From an uncultured Streptococcus sp. (GTDB taxonomy: Bacteria; Bacillota; Bacilli; Lactobacillales; Aerococcaceae), in NCBI GenBank assembly GCA_963551375.1, contig CAUVGI010000001.1, forward strand, positions 5,902 to 69,901: DNA of 64,000 nt, in the 5' to 3' direction. Both the position numbers and the translations under genes were made by a program. Each line of letters opens with the position of its first letter. Within the stretch, counting starts at the first letter, position 1. Of the stretch, positions 1 through 10,303 are shown in pieces. Under the pieces are notes generated by a model. The model worked only from the letters and a program-made list of their open reading frames with translations. It did not search any database and was not told the DNA's origin.

Positions 1-487
1 TCACGTCCATGACTTTCCCTACAAGCCCGTTATCACTCATAACAGACATTTGTGGTTGGATGCCATCATTTGACCCTTTGTTAATCGTAATGACATCACG
101 CCATGTATCAGGATTACGCGCAATCACCGTCGCATTCACTAACGTATAATCGTTTAGCGTATCTTGCAACTTGAGCGTTTCCTTCATTTTTTGGTTATCA
201 CGTTTTAACTCACTCAATTGAACTTCTAATTCATGAATGGTATCGATTTTTTGTTTTAAGGATTGATTTTCTTGATACGTATTTGATAAGTCATTCACGC
301 TATCGATAAAATCATTAATACTATTTGCTGGATAAGAGACTAATCTTCCTAGAATATTGGTTACATCATTAACACCTTGAGTCACGATATTGCTGCCGTA
401 AGTAATGGAATACATAATCAAGGCTAATGCCGTGATAATTCCGATTACCCAACCAATTAGTTTCTTATTTGAAAAAATTGGATTCAC
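1..487 (-). CDS. mreC: Rod shape-determining protein MreC, N-terminal part (3' end runs off the window)
   Basis: Absent from the ORF track because it is truncated. My translation from GTG at 487 (GAGGAG 7 nt upstream) gives VNPIFSNKKLIGWVIGIITALALIMY, then a coiled coil, then ARNPDTWRDVITINKGSNDGIQ. It sits directly downstream of mreB. Confidence 0.8.
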   Translation of the reverse strand, partial: MNPIFSNKKLIGWVIGIITALALIMYSITYGSNIVTQGVNDVTNILGRLVSYPANSINDFIDSVNDLSNTYQENQSLKQKIDTIHELEVQLSELKRDNQKMKETLKLQDTLNDYTLVNATVIARNPDTWRDVITINKGSNDGIQPQMSVMSDNGLVGKVMDV

Positions 488-522
488 ATCATCACTCCTC
501 TTTTTTTATTTTTCAACGGACT

Positions 523-1524
523 CTATTTTTTCATTAATGATGGATTTGCTAAAATCGCACCTGTTCCTAGTGCCACACAATCAAGTGGATCGTTGGCCAC
601 AAAGGCTGGTACTTGCGTTTCCTTCGAAATCATCTCAGCAAGGTGACGAAGCATTGCGCCTCCACCTGTTAACACGATTCCATGATCAATAACGTCCGCA
701 GAAATTTCTGGCGGTGTTTGTTCCAATACATCTTTTACTGCGTCTAAAATTTGATGAATGATTTCACTCATCGCAACTGCAATTTCTTTTGCAGGCACTT
801 CAACAACACGTGGTAATCCCGTAACCATGTCACGACCACGTACTTGCATGCTTCCTTGTGCTTTTTCAATAGAAGCTGAACCAAGCGTAATTTTTAATTC
901 TTCAGCCGTACGTTCCCCGATTAATAAATTGTATGTCTTACGAACGTGCTGCACGATAGACTCGTTTAACTCGTCGCCTCCGACACGAATCGAACGGCTA
1001 TTCACGATTCCTCCAAGCGAAATCGTCGCAACGTCTGTCGTACCGCCACCGATATCGACAATCATGCTTCCAGTTGGGTCTGTAACAGGAAGTCCTGCCC
1101 CAACCGCAGCCGCGAATGGTTCTTCAACCACGTACGCTTCTTTAGCTCCTGCATATTTTGTCGCGTCTAAAACGGCTCTCTTTTCAACGTCTGTAATGCC
1201 ACTTGGCACACAAATAATGACCACTGGTTTAAAGAATGAGCGGCCCACAATCGACTGAATGAAGTATTTCAACATTGCTGTCGTTGTATTGTAATCAGCG
1301 ATTACGCCGTCTTTCATTGGGCGTAATGCTACGATATTTTCTGGTGTTCTACCAATCATTTCAAATGCAGATTTTCCTACTGCGATAATTTCTTCTGTAA
1401 CGATATTTTTTGCAACAACGGAAGGTTCACGTGTGACGATTCCCTCATCTTCTAGATAAACAATCGTGTTAGCTGTGCCTAAGTCAATTCCGATATTTTG
1501 TGCTTTAAAATTTAATGCAACCAC
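523..1524 (-). CDS. mreB: Actin-like rod-shape protein MreB
   Basis: 333 aa with actin/Hsp70-fold motifs [10 protein letters not shown] and [18 protein letters not shown] lies upstream. Confidence 0.95.
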   Translation of the reverse strand: MVALNFKAQNIGIDLGTANTIVYLEDEGIVTREPSVVAKNIVTEEIIAVGKSAFEMIGRTPENIVALRPMKDGVIADYNTTTAMLKYFIQSIVGRSFFKPVVIICVPSGITDVEKRAVLDATKYAGAKEAYVVEEPFAAAVGAGLPVTDPTGSMIVDIGGGTTDVATISLGGIVNSRSIRVGGDELNESIVQHVRKTYNLLIGERTAEELKITLGSASIEKAQGSMQVRGRDMVTGLPRVVEVPAKEIAVAMSEIIHQILDAVKDVLEQTPPEISADVIDHGIVLTGGGAMLRHLAEMISKETQVPAFVANDPLDCVALGTGAILANPSLMKK

Positions 1525-1651
1525 ACTGTTTCCTCCTTAGATAATTCTTCTACAGACTTGGCTGTAAGAATTCTATTCTAGTATAGCAGAATTTAGCTTT
1601 TTATTCTTGTATTTTATAGATTTTTAGGAAACTTTTTTATTTCGTAATATT

Positions 1652-2003
1652 AAAACGTTTTCTGTAACACTTTAGTGATTTTTCAGTAGAGAAAACCTTT
1701 CGGTTAAAAAGCTGAAAAGCAACAAGAATGTGCTTCGTAAATTATGATTTTGGAAAACTACGAGCACTTTCGGATGTCTTCATAGGAATAACAATAGCTA
1801 TACCAGAACGAGCCCAGGTCTCGTTTCCTATCGAGCTTCAAACTGACTCTAGGAAATGAATTTCCAGAGTCAGTAATTCACATCGATTATGACCGCTATT
1901 ATTATTCCTATAGAATCCGAAGGCTCTTCGTTTTCCGAAGTACTTTCTAATGTTGGCTTTTTAACCTGAAAGGTTTTCTTGAAAAATCACCGTGTTCCGT
2001 TTC
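1652..2003 (+). repeat. Hairpin repeat copy A (subfamily I, longest arms)
   Basis: Arms 1652-1798 and 1895-2003 are mutually complementary, for example GAAAACCTTTCGGTTAAAAAGC with GCTTTTTAACCTGAAAGGTTTTC. The core at 1799-1894 carries GAACGAG-CCCAGGT-CTCGTT, CAAA, CTGACTCT..AGAGTCAG and TAATTC. Confidence 0.9.
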
Positions 2004-2114
2004 ATAAAAAAATGCAAGAATAAAAAGAAATTCTTGGGAGGGGGAGGACAAATATACCATATATGGACATGGCCAAATTTGTTCATTTTAGGCTTATCCT
2101 TTTCTATTTTTGCG

Positions 2115-2143
2115 CACAAAAAAACCACCGAAAAACCGGTGGT
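2115..2143 (-). terminator. Rho-independent terminator of csp
   Basis: Stem ACCACCG/CGGTGGT followed by a U-run on the minus strand. Confidence 0.85.
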
Positions 2144-2161
2144 ATCAAAGTTTAAGTTAAA

Positions 2162-2362
2162 TTATAGTTTAACTACGTTAGCTGCTTGTGGTCCACGAGC
2201 GCCTTCTTCAACATCGAATTGAACTGCTTGTCCTTCTTCTAATGTTTTGAATCCTTCTGATTGGATTGCTGAGAAGTGTACGAATACATCGTTTCCACCT
2301 TCACGTTCGATAAACCCAAAACCTTTTTCTGAGTTAAACCATTTTACTGTACCTTGTTCCAT
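2162..2362 (-). CDS. Cold-shock protein (CspA family)
   Basis: [19 protein letters not shown]...VFVHFSAI contains the RNP1 and RNP2 motifs. I moved the start to the ATG at 2362, 8 nt after AAGGAGG. Confidence 0.93.
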   Translation of the reverse strand: MEQGTVKWFNSEKGFGFIEREGGNDVFVHFSAIQSEGFKTLEEGQAVQFDVEEGARGPQAANVVKL

Positions 2363-2468
2363 GAACATTTCCTCCTTGTGCCATAGCACTTGTTATTCAT
2401 ATTCTTGCTAATGGTTCGAAAGGAGTAATACCTTACACAATTTCTATACCTAACAAAAACACATCATA

Positions 2469-2497
2469 AGTATAACATCTCACAGACAAATTTACAA
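2469..2497 (-). promoter_or_regulatory. Candidate sigma-A promoter of csp, giving a 5' UTR of about 110 nt
   Basis: TTGTAA, 17-nt spacer, TATACT on the minus strand. Confidence 0.5.
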
Positions 2498-2660
2498 GAG
2501 TATTTCCGATTTCACTGAGAATTAAGTGGAACAATTGCCGTTTTGTGCGTTTTTTCCGAATCGTTTCGTTAATTTTCAATAATATTTTTCGTGAAAATTG
2601 AAAACAATCTGCTTTCATCTTTTTTCAAAATTCAACTTTTCACATTCTTTTGAATCATTT

Positions 2661-3344
2661 TTAAAAAGCCCCGAATTCTTTTAAAGAAATGTACTCCTCT
2701 CCTCCGACTACAAAATGATCTAGAAGCTCGATGCCCATGAGTTCACCGCACTCCATCAAGCGACGTGTAAAATCGATATCCGCTTGGGAGGGTTCAGGGT
2801 TTCCGCTCGGGTGATTATGGCCAATGATGACGCGCGCCGCCGAAAACCGTACTGCCTCCCGGAAGATTTCTCTGGGATGCGCCACTGCACTGTTCAACCC
2901 ACCGATGAAGATCATTTTCTTCTTGATAATCTCATTTTTCGTGTTCAAATACAAGGCGACAAGATGTTCCTGATAGGCATCCTTCAACTCCTGCACAATC
3001 CACTGACCGGCCATCTTGGAGGACGTAATCTTTCCGAGTTTCATTTGCGCGGCATTACTTAAGCGCACCCCCAGTTCCATGGCTGCCTTGAGTTCTATCG
3101 CCTTTGTTCTGCCGATGCCATTAATCTGCATGAGTTCATCCAGACTCGCCATCTTCAACGAATGCAAGTCCTCGAAGGTATTTAAGACAACAACCGCCAG
3201 CTGCAGGACGTTTAAATCCTTGGACCCTGTTCGCAGTAATATCGCGAGTAATTCATGCGTTTCAAGCACTTTAGCGCCATACCGTTCGAGACGTTCTCGT
3301 GGCATGGCGCTTAAAGGCACTTCTAATAATTTTGATTCAATCAT
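2661..3344 (-). CDS. radC: RadC-family JAB-domain protein
   Basis: 227 aa with an HhH region and the JAMM-like motif HNHPSGNPEPSQAD. Confidence 0.9.
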   Translation of the reverse strand: MIESKLLEVPLSAMPRERLERYGAKVLETHELLAILLRTGSKDLNVLQLAVVVLNTFEDLHSLKMASLDELMQINGIGRTKAIELKAAMELGVRLSNAAQMKLGKITSSKMAGQWIVQELKDAYQEHLVALYLNTKNEIIKKKMIFIGGLNSAVAHPREIFREAVRFSAARVIIGHNHPSGNPEPSQADIDFTRRLMECGELMGIELLDHFVVGGEEYISLKEFGAF

Positions 3345-3387
3345 TGTGACACTTCCTCTTTGTTTTCTCTACAAAGAGTTACGATGT

Positions 3388-4659
3388 CTATTCTTCTTTG
3401 GGCTTACGGTTCTTCCACCAATGTCGAACTTCGGCAATAAAATACAATGACCCCGTCACCCATAATTCGCTCTTGTCGTCTGTTGAGCTGGCAAAACGGT
3501 CAATGACGTCTTCAAAGCTTTCTTCATAGGAAATCTTGCGAGAATCCAAGTACGCTTCGACATCACTTCTAGCAATCGACTGTCCCTTTGAAGGATGGAA
3601 ACTCGTTAAGATGATGTTCACGTCAGGAAGAGCTTCCTGCAATTTTGCAAGCATCTGTTGACTATCTTTTCGAGTGAGCGCGCTAAATAACAGCATCTGT
3701 TTCTTGCCAACACGAGCCGTCATGTTTTGAACGAGTCGCTCGATGGCCGGCAAATTATGAGCACCGTCGATGATCACAAGCGGGGTTTCTTGCAACACTT
3801 CCATGCGTCCTGGCCAGGAAACAACTCGTAGGGCCGCCTCGATGAATTCGGGTTGCACACTTCTACCCGTAGCTTCCATCCAAGAGCGAAATGCTCGAAT
3901 CGCTACGGTCGCATTCTCTTTTTGGAAGGCTCCTTTAAGGGCTAATTGTTCTAGCGAAATCGTTAACTCGGTATCTTGGTACGAATCTTCTACTAGTGAG
4001 AAATCCTCCCCAAACGCCTGCACCGTTGCACCTTGTTTACTAGCGGTACTATGTATCACATCCATACATTCACGCGTAACTGGCCCGACAACCACTTGCT
4101 GCCCAGCCTTAATAATCCCTGCTTTTTGCGCCGTAATTTCTTCCAACGTGCTTCCGAGTAAGTCTTGATGGTCTAAGCCAATCGTCGTAATTACACTGAC
4201 GAGTGGATGGCCGACATTCGTATTATCCAACAGACCACCAATCCCCACTTCAATAATCGCAAGGTCGACGGCTTCCCGCTGAAAGACGACAAACATCATC
4301 GCTGTTAAAATCTCGAAATAGTTAAAGGCTCCCCACTCTTCGAATAAGCACCTCTCCACCTCTCTTACCACCGATGCGGCTTGCCAGAACGGCTCCTCCC
4401 CTAGGGGCACTCCGTCTAGCTGGATTCGTTCTCTAATACTGTCCATATGTGGTGAAGTGAATGTCCCTACTCGCAATCCATGCGCCTTCGCAAAGGCCGT
4501 GATCATCGCAGCAGTGGACCCTTTCCCATTCGTCCCAGCAATATGAATACTCTTCAATTCACGTTCTGGATTTCCAAGTGCTTCTAGGATAGCCTCCATG
4601 CGGTACAATCCATGTTTACGCGGAATACTCTCGCTCTTTTTTAACCACTCTTGAATCAT
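3388..4659 (-). CDS. folC: Folylpolyglutamate synthase / dihydrofolate synthase
   Basis: 423 aa, Mur-ligase fold, P-loop GTNGKGST. It lies downstream of valS, as is common in Bacilli. Confidence 0.9.
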   Translation of the reverse strand: MIQEWLKKSESIPRKHGLYRMEAILEALGNPERELKSIHIAGTNGKGSTAAMITAFAKAHGLRVGTFTSPHMDSIRERIQLDGVPLGEEPFWQAASVVREVERCLFEEWGAFNYFEILTAMMFVVFQREAVDLAIIEVGIGGLLDNTNVGHPLVSVITTIGLDHQDLLGSTLEEITAQKAGIIKAGQQVVVGPVTRECMDVIHSTASKQGATVQAFGEDFSLVEDSYQDTELTISLEQLALKGAFQKENATVAIRAFRSWMEATGRSVQPEFIEAALRVVSWPGRMEVLQETPLVIIDGAHNLPAIERLVQNMTARVGKKQMLLFSALTRKDSQQMLAKLQEALPDVNIILTSFHPSKGQSIARSDVEAYLDSRKISYEESFEDVIDRFASSTDDKSELWVTGSLYFIAEVRHWWKNRKPKEE

Positions 4660-4715
4660 TCACTCACCTCCTGTTTTCCTCATTTATCATAACAGAAAAT
4701 TGCCCACCGGAACAT

Positions 4716-4749
4716 ACAAAAGAGAGCGCATGACACTTCATACGCTCTC
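4716..4749 (-). terminator. Terminator after valS
   Basis: Stem GAGAGCG/CGCTCTC followed by a U-run on the minus strand. Confidence 0.7.
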
Positions 4750-4766
4750 CCCGCCGTTAAAACGGA

Positions 4767-7409
4767 TTAGATTTTCTTCAATGTTGCGATACGTTCTAAC
4801 ACTGCTTCACGTTGTGCTTGATAGTCCGCACCTTTTGCACGTTCAGCTTCAACAACCGCTGCAGGAGCTTTCGCCACAAATTTCTCGTTCGATAATTTCT
4901 TCTCGACACGATCCACTTCTTGTTGCAATTTCTCTGCTTCTTTTTCAAGACGAGCGATTTCGTCTTTGATGTTGATTAACCCTGCTAATGGTAAGTAAAT
5001 TTCAGCACCTGTGATAACAGAAGTTACCGCATCAGATGGTGCTTCAACGTCTTCACCATACACGAATTCTTCTGGATTTGAGAAGCGTGCAATATAAGAT
5101 TCGTTTTCTTTCAAGATCGCGTAGTGCGCTGCGTCGCTCACTTTCGCAATGATGTTAATTGGTTTTGATAATGGTGTGTTCATTTCGTTACGAACCGTAC
5201 GTACTGAACGGATGAAGTCCATTAAGAATTCCATTTCTTCGGCTGCTTTTTCGTCCATTTGTTCTGGGTGAACGGTTGGATAAGTTGCTACCACTAATGA
5301 TTCCCCAACGTGAGGAACTGATTGCCAGATTTCTTCTGTCACGAAAGGCATGATTGGGTGTAATAGACGTAATGTGTTGTCTAATACATATACAAGAATG
5401 CTACGTGTTGTTAATTTCGCAGCTTCGTCGTCCCCTGCTAATGTTTCTTTCGACATTTCGATATACCAGTCACAGAAATCATCCCAGATGAAGCGATATA
5501 GGAGACGTCCTGCTTCACCGAATTCGAATTTCTCGAAGAGTTCTGTCACTTTGCCAATCGTTTGATTCAAGCGTGTTAAAATCCATTTATCCGCAAGAGT
5601 CTTCTCACCAGTGATATCCACTTGGTCCGCTGTTAAGTCGCCCACGTTCATTAATGCGTAACGGCTTGCGTTCCAAATCTTGTTGATGAAGTTCCATGCA
5701 GCATCCATCTTGTCTGTTGAGTAACGAACGTCTTGCCCTGGAGCAGAACCGTTTGCTAAGAACCAACGAAGCGCATCGGCACCATATTGCTCGATGACTT
5801 CCATTGGGTCAACCCCGTTTCCAAGAGACTTACTCATCTTACGTCCTTGGCTATCACGAATTAATCCGTGGATAAGAACGTTCTTGAATGGACGTTTACC
5901 TGTAAATTCTAACCCTTGGAACATCATACGGCTTACCCAGAAAGTAAGGATGTCGTACCCTGTTACAAGTGTGTTTGTTGGATAGTAACGTTTGTAATCA
6001 GCTGAATCTTCATCTGGCCAACCCATTGTTGAAAATGGCCATAATGCAGATGAGAACCAAGTATCTAATACGTCTGGATCTTGTGTCCAGTTTTCGCTGT
6101 CGCTTGGAGCTTCCATACCTACATAGACTTCGCCTGTTTCTTTATGATACCAAGCTGGAATTTGATGTCCCCACCATAATTGACGTGAAATTACCCAGTC
6201 GTGAATGTTTTCCATCCAACGTAAGTACGCATCATTGAAACGTGGTGGATAGAAGTTTACTGTGTTGTCCCCTTCTGCACGTTGCGCATTGATGGCTTGC
6301 TCTGCCAAAGGTCCCATTTTCACGAACCATTGTTTTGAAAGACGTGGTTCAACAACGACATCTGTACGTTCTGAGTGACCAACGCTGTGTAAATGTTTTT
6401 CGATTTTCACAAGAAGGCCAGCTTCTTCTAAATCTTTCACGATAGCTTTACGCGCCGCAAAACGGTCCATGCCTTCGTATTTACCGGCTAACTCGTTCAT
6501 CGTCGCATCATCGTTCATCGCGTTAATACGTGGTAAGTTATGACGGTTCCCTACTTCAAAGTCGTTCGGGTCATGCGCTGGAGTGATTTTTACAACCCCT
6601 GTTCCGAAATCTTGCTCCACGTATTCGTCAGCGATGATTGGAATTTCACGGTTCACTAACGGCAAGATAACTGTTTTCCCGATAAGCGCTTGATAACGTT
6701 CGTCGTCTGGGTGAACCGCAACTGCTGTATCTCCAAGAAGTGTTTCTGGACGAGTCGTTGCGATTTCTAGGAATCCACTTCCGTCTGCTAGAGGGTAGTT
6801 CATATGATAGAACGCGCCTTCTACGTCTTTATGAATTACTTCGATATCAGATAATGAAGTCTTCGCTTTAGGGTCCCAGTTGATGATGTACTCACCACGA
6901 TAGATTAAGCCTTTTTCGTATAATGTAACGAAGACTTTCTTCACGGCGTCAGATAACCCTTTATCTAATGTGAAACGTTCTCTGCGGTAGTCTACAGAAA
7001 TCCCCATTTTTGCCCATTGTTCACGGATATGGCTGGCATATTCTTCCTTCCATTCCCATGTTTGTTCAAGGAACTTCTCACGGCCAAGGTCATAACGAGA
7101 TAAGCCTTCACCGCGTAATTTTTCTTCTACTTTTGCTTGTGTTGCAATCCCCGCATGGTCCATCCCTGGTAACCATAAAGTGTCGAACCCTTGCATGCGT
7201 TTTTGACGGATAATCATATCTTGTAACGTTACGTCCCAAGCATGTCCTAAGTGTAATTTCCCTGTTACGTTTGGTGGCGGGATAACGATTGAATAAGGTT
7301 CAGCATTTGGATCTTCGTTTGGATGGAAGACGCCTGAATCAACCCACCATTGATATTTACCAGCTTCAACTTCTTGTGGTTGAAACTTAGATGACATTTC
7401 TTTAGCCAT
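4767..7409 (-). CDS. valS: Valyl-tRNA synthetase
   Basis: HIGH-type motif ([12 protein letters not shown]), KMSKS motif and a C-terminal coiled coil. I moved the start to ATG 7409 behind AAGGAGG. The longer ORF-track start would overlap the T-box terminator. Confidence 0.97.
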   Translation of the reverse strand: MAKEMSSKFQPQEVEAGKYQWWVDSGVFHPNEDPNAEPYSIVIPPPNVTGKLHLGHAWDVTLQDMIIRQKRMQGFDTLWLPGMDHAGIATQAKVEEKLRGEGLSRYDLGREKFLEQTWEWKEEYASHIREQWAKMGISVDYRRERFTLDKGLSDAVKKVFVTLYEKGLIYRGEYIINWDPKAKTSLSDIEVIHKDVEGAFYHMNYPLADGSGFLEIATTRPETLLGDTAVAVHPDDERYQALIGKTVILPLVNREIPIIADEYVEQDFGTGVVKITPAHDPNDFEVGNRHNLPRINAMNDDATMNELAGKYEGMDRFAARKAIVKDLEEAGLLVKIEKHLHSVGHSERTDVVVEPRLSKQWFVKMGPLAEQAINAQRAEGDNTVNFYPPRFNDAYLRWMENIHDWVISRQLWWGHQIPAWYHKETGEVYVGMEAPSDSENWTQDPDVLDTWFSSALWPFSTMGWPDEDSADYKRYYPTNTLVTGYDILTFWVSRMMFQGLEFTGKRPFKNVLIHGLIRDSQGRKMSKSLGNGVDPMEVIEQYGADALRWFLANGSAPGQDVRYSTDKMDAAWNFINKIWNASRYALMNVGDLTADQVDITGEKTLADKWILTRLNQTIGKVTELFEKFEFGEAGRLLYRFIWDDFCDWYIEMSKETLAGDDEAAKLTTRSILVYVLDNTLRLLHPIMPFVTEEIWQSVPHVGESLVVATYPTVHPEQMDEKAAEEMEFLMDFIRSVRTVRNEMNTPLSKPINIIAKVSDAAHYAILKENESYIARFSNPEEFVYGEDVEAPSDAVTSVITGAEIYLPLAGLINIKDEIARLEKEAEKLQQEVDRVEKKLSNEKFVAKAPAAVVEAERAKGADYQAQREAVLERIATLKKI

Positions 7410-7440
7410 TGATTTTCCTCCTTGTATCTTGTTTGTGTCC

Positions 7441-7695
7441 AATAAAAAAATCCTATGAAGACACTCTCCATAGGACGATTGATTTCGTGGTACCACCTAA
7501 TATTCGCGTAATTATTTATTACGCCTCGATGTTGGTAACGAAGTGTCGTCTCCGTACTCTATTACTTCTTTTCGTAGAGTAAGCTCACAAGCTACCTTCA
7601 AATGAATCTGCTAGGAAGTTGCACCAAGTCTTCCCTCTCTCGTAAACAAAGTCATTTTACTCCTCTTGTTCATCGCTCTAATATACAAAATATTC
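7441..7695 (-). promoter_or_regulatory. T-box leader (tRNA-sensing antiterminator) of valS
   Basis: On the minus strand: AGAGA, a GGTGCAA distal loop, and the T-box sequence GGTGGTACCACG (7486-7497). A terminator (TCCTATG..CATAGGA plus U7) sits at 7444-7475. The candidate specifier GUA is at 7593-7595. Promoter TTGCAA-17-TAGAAT is at 7702-7730. Confidence 0.85.
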
Positions 7696-7736
7696 TACCA
7701 TTATGGCGATGTGCTTGCAACAATATCGCGCTCGTC

Positions 7737-8561
7737 TTACGATTTCACGTTTCCGCTAGACACGCCTTGGTCTGCATCTTCTGGAATCCACCAGTCTAGG
7801 AACTGCTTCATCGCCCAGTCCCAGAAATCCCATTCGTGTCCGCCAACGTGCTCTTTATACGTTAGCGACACTCCTTGCTCTTTCAAAAAGCTACTATAGC
7901 TACGGTTGTCTTCCAAAAGCCAATCTTCCGTACCACATGCCATAAAAACCGAGAGCGCGTCCTTACGCTCCATTGTTTGGACGGCATGATACAACTGATT
8001 GCCTTCTGTAATAAAGGTCTCCTCATCTTTGAAGACCGCCTCTAAAAAGCTTTTTCTTAAAAAGAACGTTGCTTCTGGAATCTCCTCTGGTGGAATCGCC
8101 TGTTTCTTAATCGCTCCAGAGAACGCCCCAATCACGCTAAAGGTGTCGGGATATTTGATGCCGTTTCGAAGTGCCCCGTATCCACCCATCGAAAGCCCAG
8201 CAATACCTAAGTCTTCCCGTTTTCGAGAAATAGGAAACATGCGGCGTGAGATTTCTGGAAGCTCCACCCCGATGAATTCTCCAAAGTTCGTATAGTTCCA
8301 CGGTTGGTCTACGTAGAAATGATTTTCCCCAGAAGGCATGATGAGGGCAAGGTTCTTCTCTTTAGCGTAACGAAGAATGCGCGTTTGATTGACCCAATCC
8401 TGATCACTGCCCAATACTCCGTGCAGTAGCACCAACGCTTTGTACGGGCCTTCCGAAAGATACTGATTATCAAAGTCCACTGCATCGCTAGGCAAGTAGA
8501 CTGACAGCGGGATAGTTCTCATTAATGTTTTTGAAAAGAATGAAACGTGTAAAAGTGCCAT
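7737..8561 (-). CDS. Serine esterase (esterase D / tributyrin esterase-like alpha/beta hydrolase)
   Basis: 274 aa with nucleophile elbow GLSMGGYGAL and a C-terminal GGHEW. Confidence 0.75.
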   Translation of the reverse strand: MALLHVSFFSKTLMRTIPLSVYLPSDAVDFDNQYLSEGPYKALVLLHGVLGSDQDWVNQTRILRYAKEKNLALIMPSGENHFYVDQPWNYTNFGEFIGVELPEISRRMFPISRKREDLGIAGLSMGGYGALRNGIKYPDTFSVIGAFSGAIKKQAIPPEEIPEATFFLRKSFLEAVFKDEETFITEGNQLYHAVQTMERKDALSVFMACGTEDWLLEDNRSYSSFLKEQGVSLTYKEHVGGHEWDFWDWAMKQFLDWWIPEDADQGVSSGNVKS

Positions 8562-8581
8562 ATGAAGCCTCCATTAAACTA

Positions 8582-8932
8582 TTATTTTTTAAAGTATCGA
8601 TTCATGATTGCCACTAAGCCAAAGATAAACGTCATTTTAACGACGGATTTTTGCCAAGACTCCCATTGCTCATACCCAAAGAAATGATTCATGATGAGAA
8701 TAAAAGCAATAGTGGCTACCATGCCCATAAAGATGACAACCCCTGCGCGATTGAATTTTTTGAGTTTATCCGGATTATCCCGATTCAACCAAGAATAAAA
8801 GGCAGCACCAACAACTATCGCATTCACAATAAACAGCGCGATATCTTGACGAAATAGTAGCTGATAGATGGCATTTGCACCACTGATGAACCCAAATACT
8901 ATAGTAACAATTTCTCTAACTTTTTGACTCAT
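8582..8932 (-). CDS. Small integral membrane protein, unknown function
   Basis: Three to four hydrophobic helices. ATG at 8932 follows a G-rich RBS. Confidence 0.5.
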   Translation of the reverse strand: MSQKVREIVTIVFGFISGANAIYQLLFRQDIALFIVNAIVVGAAFYSWLNRDNPDKLKKFNRAGVVIFMGMVATIAFILIMNHFFGYEQWESWQKSVVKMTFIFGLVAIMNRYFKK

Positions 8933-9083
8933 TTCCAACAACCCCTCTCCCTGAAAACGGATTCCTGAACTTATCTTTATTATACTGCTCCCCCAGCGTT
9001 TTTACTATACGCGCAAGCAAAAAAAGAACCCAGCATGACTGCTAGGCTCCACTCCTTCGACCTCTATAGCCGAGTTTCCTATT

Positions 9084-10115
9084 TTATTCTTCTACCCCTA
9101 GTAATAGGTTCACTAGGATGCCCACTGTTACATTACCGAAGTAACGGCGGATGTCGATGGCTTCGAAGGCTGTTGTTAAGTCTTCGCGGTTGTATCCAAC
9201 TCCCACTAGCACTTTTTCAACATCGCTGATTTCACCAAGACCGAAGAAGTCTCCGTTAATCTTAATGTCTTTGATGGCATTCTTTTCAACATTCAAGCTG
9301 AACTCGATTTGTCCGGCTGGTGTACGTTTGGATTGTTTGAATTCGAATTTTGGATTCTTTCCGTAGTTCCAATCTGGGTTATTGAAGTACTTGCTGCGTA
9401 ATTCTTCTACACGCACCCAGTCTTCATCCGTTAGAACATACTCTTTAATCGTTGATGTATCTTCCACATTGAAGATGTTTTTCAAGAGTACTTCGCGGAA
9501 TTGTAAGATGTCTAAGTCTTGATATTCAGGCGCTAAGTACGGTTTGATATTTGTCACGCGTGAACGAACCGACTTGATTCCTTTTGACGCGATTTTCTCT
9601 TGTTTTGGACGTAAAATTTGTGGCAAAATGCTCACATCTAGATCGAGCATTAATGTCCCGTGCGCTGTTAAACGGCCATTGTTTGAGTACATCGCATTTC
9701 CAGAGAATTTCTTACCGTCGATGAGAAGGTCGTTACGGCCTTGTAACTCTGCCCCTGTTGCTCCCATTTTATGGAGGGCTTCAATCACGGGTTCTGTGAA
9801 TTTTCCGAAATCACGGAAGCTATCGCCGTCATCTTCTGTAATGAAGCAGAAGCAGATATTTCCCATATCGTGATACACGGCTCCACCGCCTGAGAAACGA
9901 CGAACCACTTGTACGCCAAGTTTATCTACACCATCTTGATTGATTTCTTCGATGGTATTTTGGTTTTTACCGATGATAATCGCATTTTCGTTAACATAAA
10001 ATAACAAAATTGGTTCATCGAGTTTCTTTTCGTTTAATAAGAAATATTCGATGGCTAAGTTTGTCGTTGCATCGTAGATTTCTTGTCCATTACGTTGATT
10101 TTTTACATAATACAT
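9084..10115 (-). CDS. lplA: Lipoate-protein ligase A
   Basis: 343 aa. LplA/LipB catalytic-domain pattern (RRFSGGGAVYHD, ..GKKFSGNA) plus the C-terminal accessory domain. Confidence 0.9.
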   Translation of the reverse strand: MYYVKNQRNGQEIYDATTNLAIEYFLLNEKKLDEPILLFYVNENAIIIGKNQNTIEEINQDGVDKLGVQVVRRFSGGGAVYHDMGNICFCFITEDDGDSFRDFGKFTEPVIEALHKMGATGAELQGRNDLLIDGKKFSGNAMYSNNGRLTAHGTLMLDLDVSILPQILRPKQEKIASKGIKSVRSRVTNIKPYLAPEYQDLDILQFREVLLKNIFNVEDTSTIKEYVLTDEDWVRVEELRSKYFNNPDWNYGKNPKFEFKQSKRTPAGQIEFSLNVEKNAIKDIKINGDFFGLGEISDVEKVLVGVGYNREDLTTAFEAIDIRRYFGNVTVGILVNLLLGVEE

Positions 10116-10263
10116 CTGAAAGTCTCCTCGCTTTTACTGATATCACTAGCGCTATCATACCATAACCCTCCCCTTCACACATAAGAAAGAAGCTTGATTT
10201 TACACTGTTTTTACTCCACTCCAACACGCAATTACCATATATGGTAATTGCAGCTTTTCAACA

Positions 10264-10293
10264 AGAAAAAACGCACCCATTCCAGGATGCGCT
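10264..10293 (-). terminator. Probable terminator of the 10304-11065 gene
   Basis: Imperfect stem CGCACCC/AGGATGCG followed by a U-run on the minus strand. Confidence 0.55.
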
Positions 10294-10303
10294 TTGTAAA
10301 ATG

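Noticed and set aside
758-1258. 166-aa plus-strand ORF inside mreB. Similar antisense or alternative-frame ORFs occur inside folC, valS, lplA, murF, ddl (for example 16105-16555), htpX, groEL, uvrB, comEC, tex, the ABC genes and the NusG_II-like gene (42125-42439).
   Set aside because: They are shadow ORFs opposite to, or out of frame with, strongly supported genes. They have no RBS and a low-complexity, odd amino-acid composition.
2433-2618. 61-aa minus-strand ORF upstream of csp.
   Set aside because: It lies across the predicted csp promoter and long 5' UTR. It has no RBS and an AT-rich, lysine-rich composition typical of non-coding sequence.
7410-7496. N-terminal extension of valS in the ORF track. 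Similar extensions exist for csp, cshA, lemA, groES, coaD, oppA1, oppA2, the second oppF, tex and the SMI1/KNR4 gene.
   Set aside because: In each case an internal ATG, GTG or TTG is preceded by a strong AAGGAGG-type RBS at 5-9 nt. The extension would also overlap a terminator, T-box, CIRCE site or the upstream gene.
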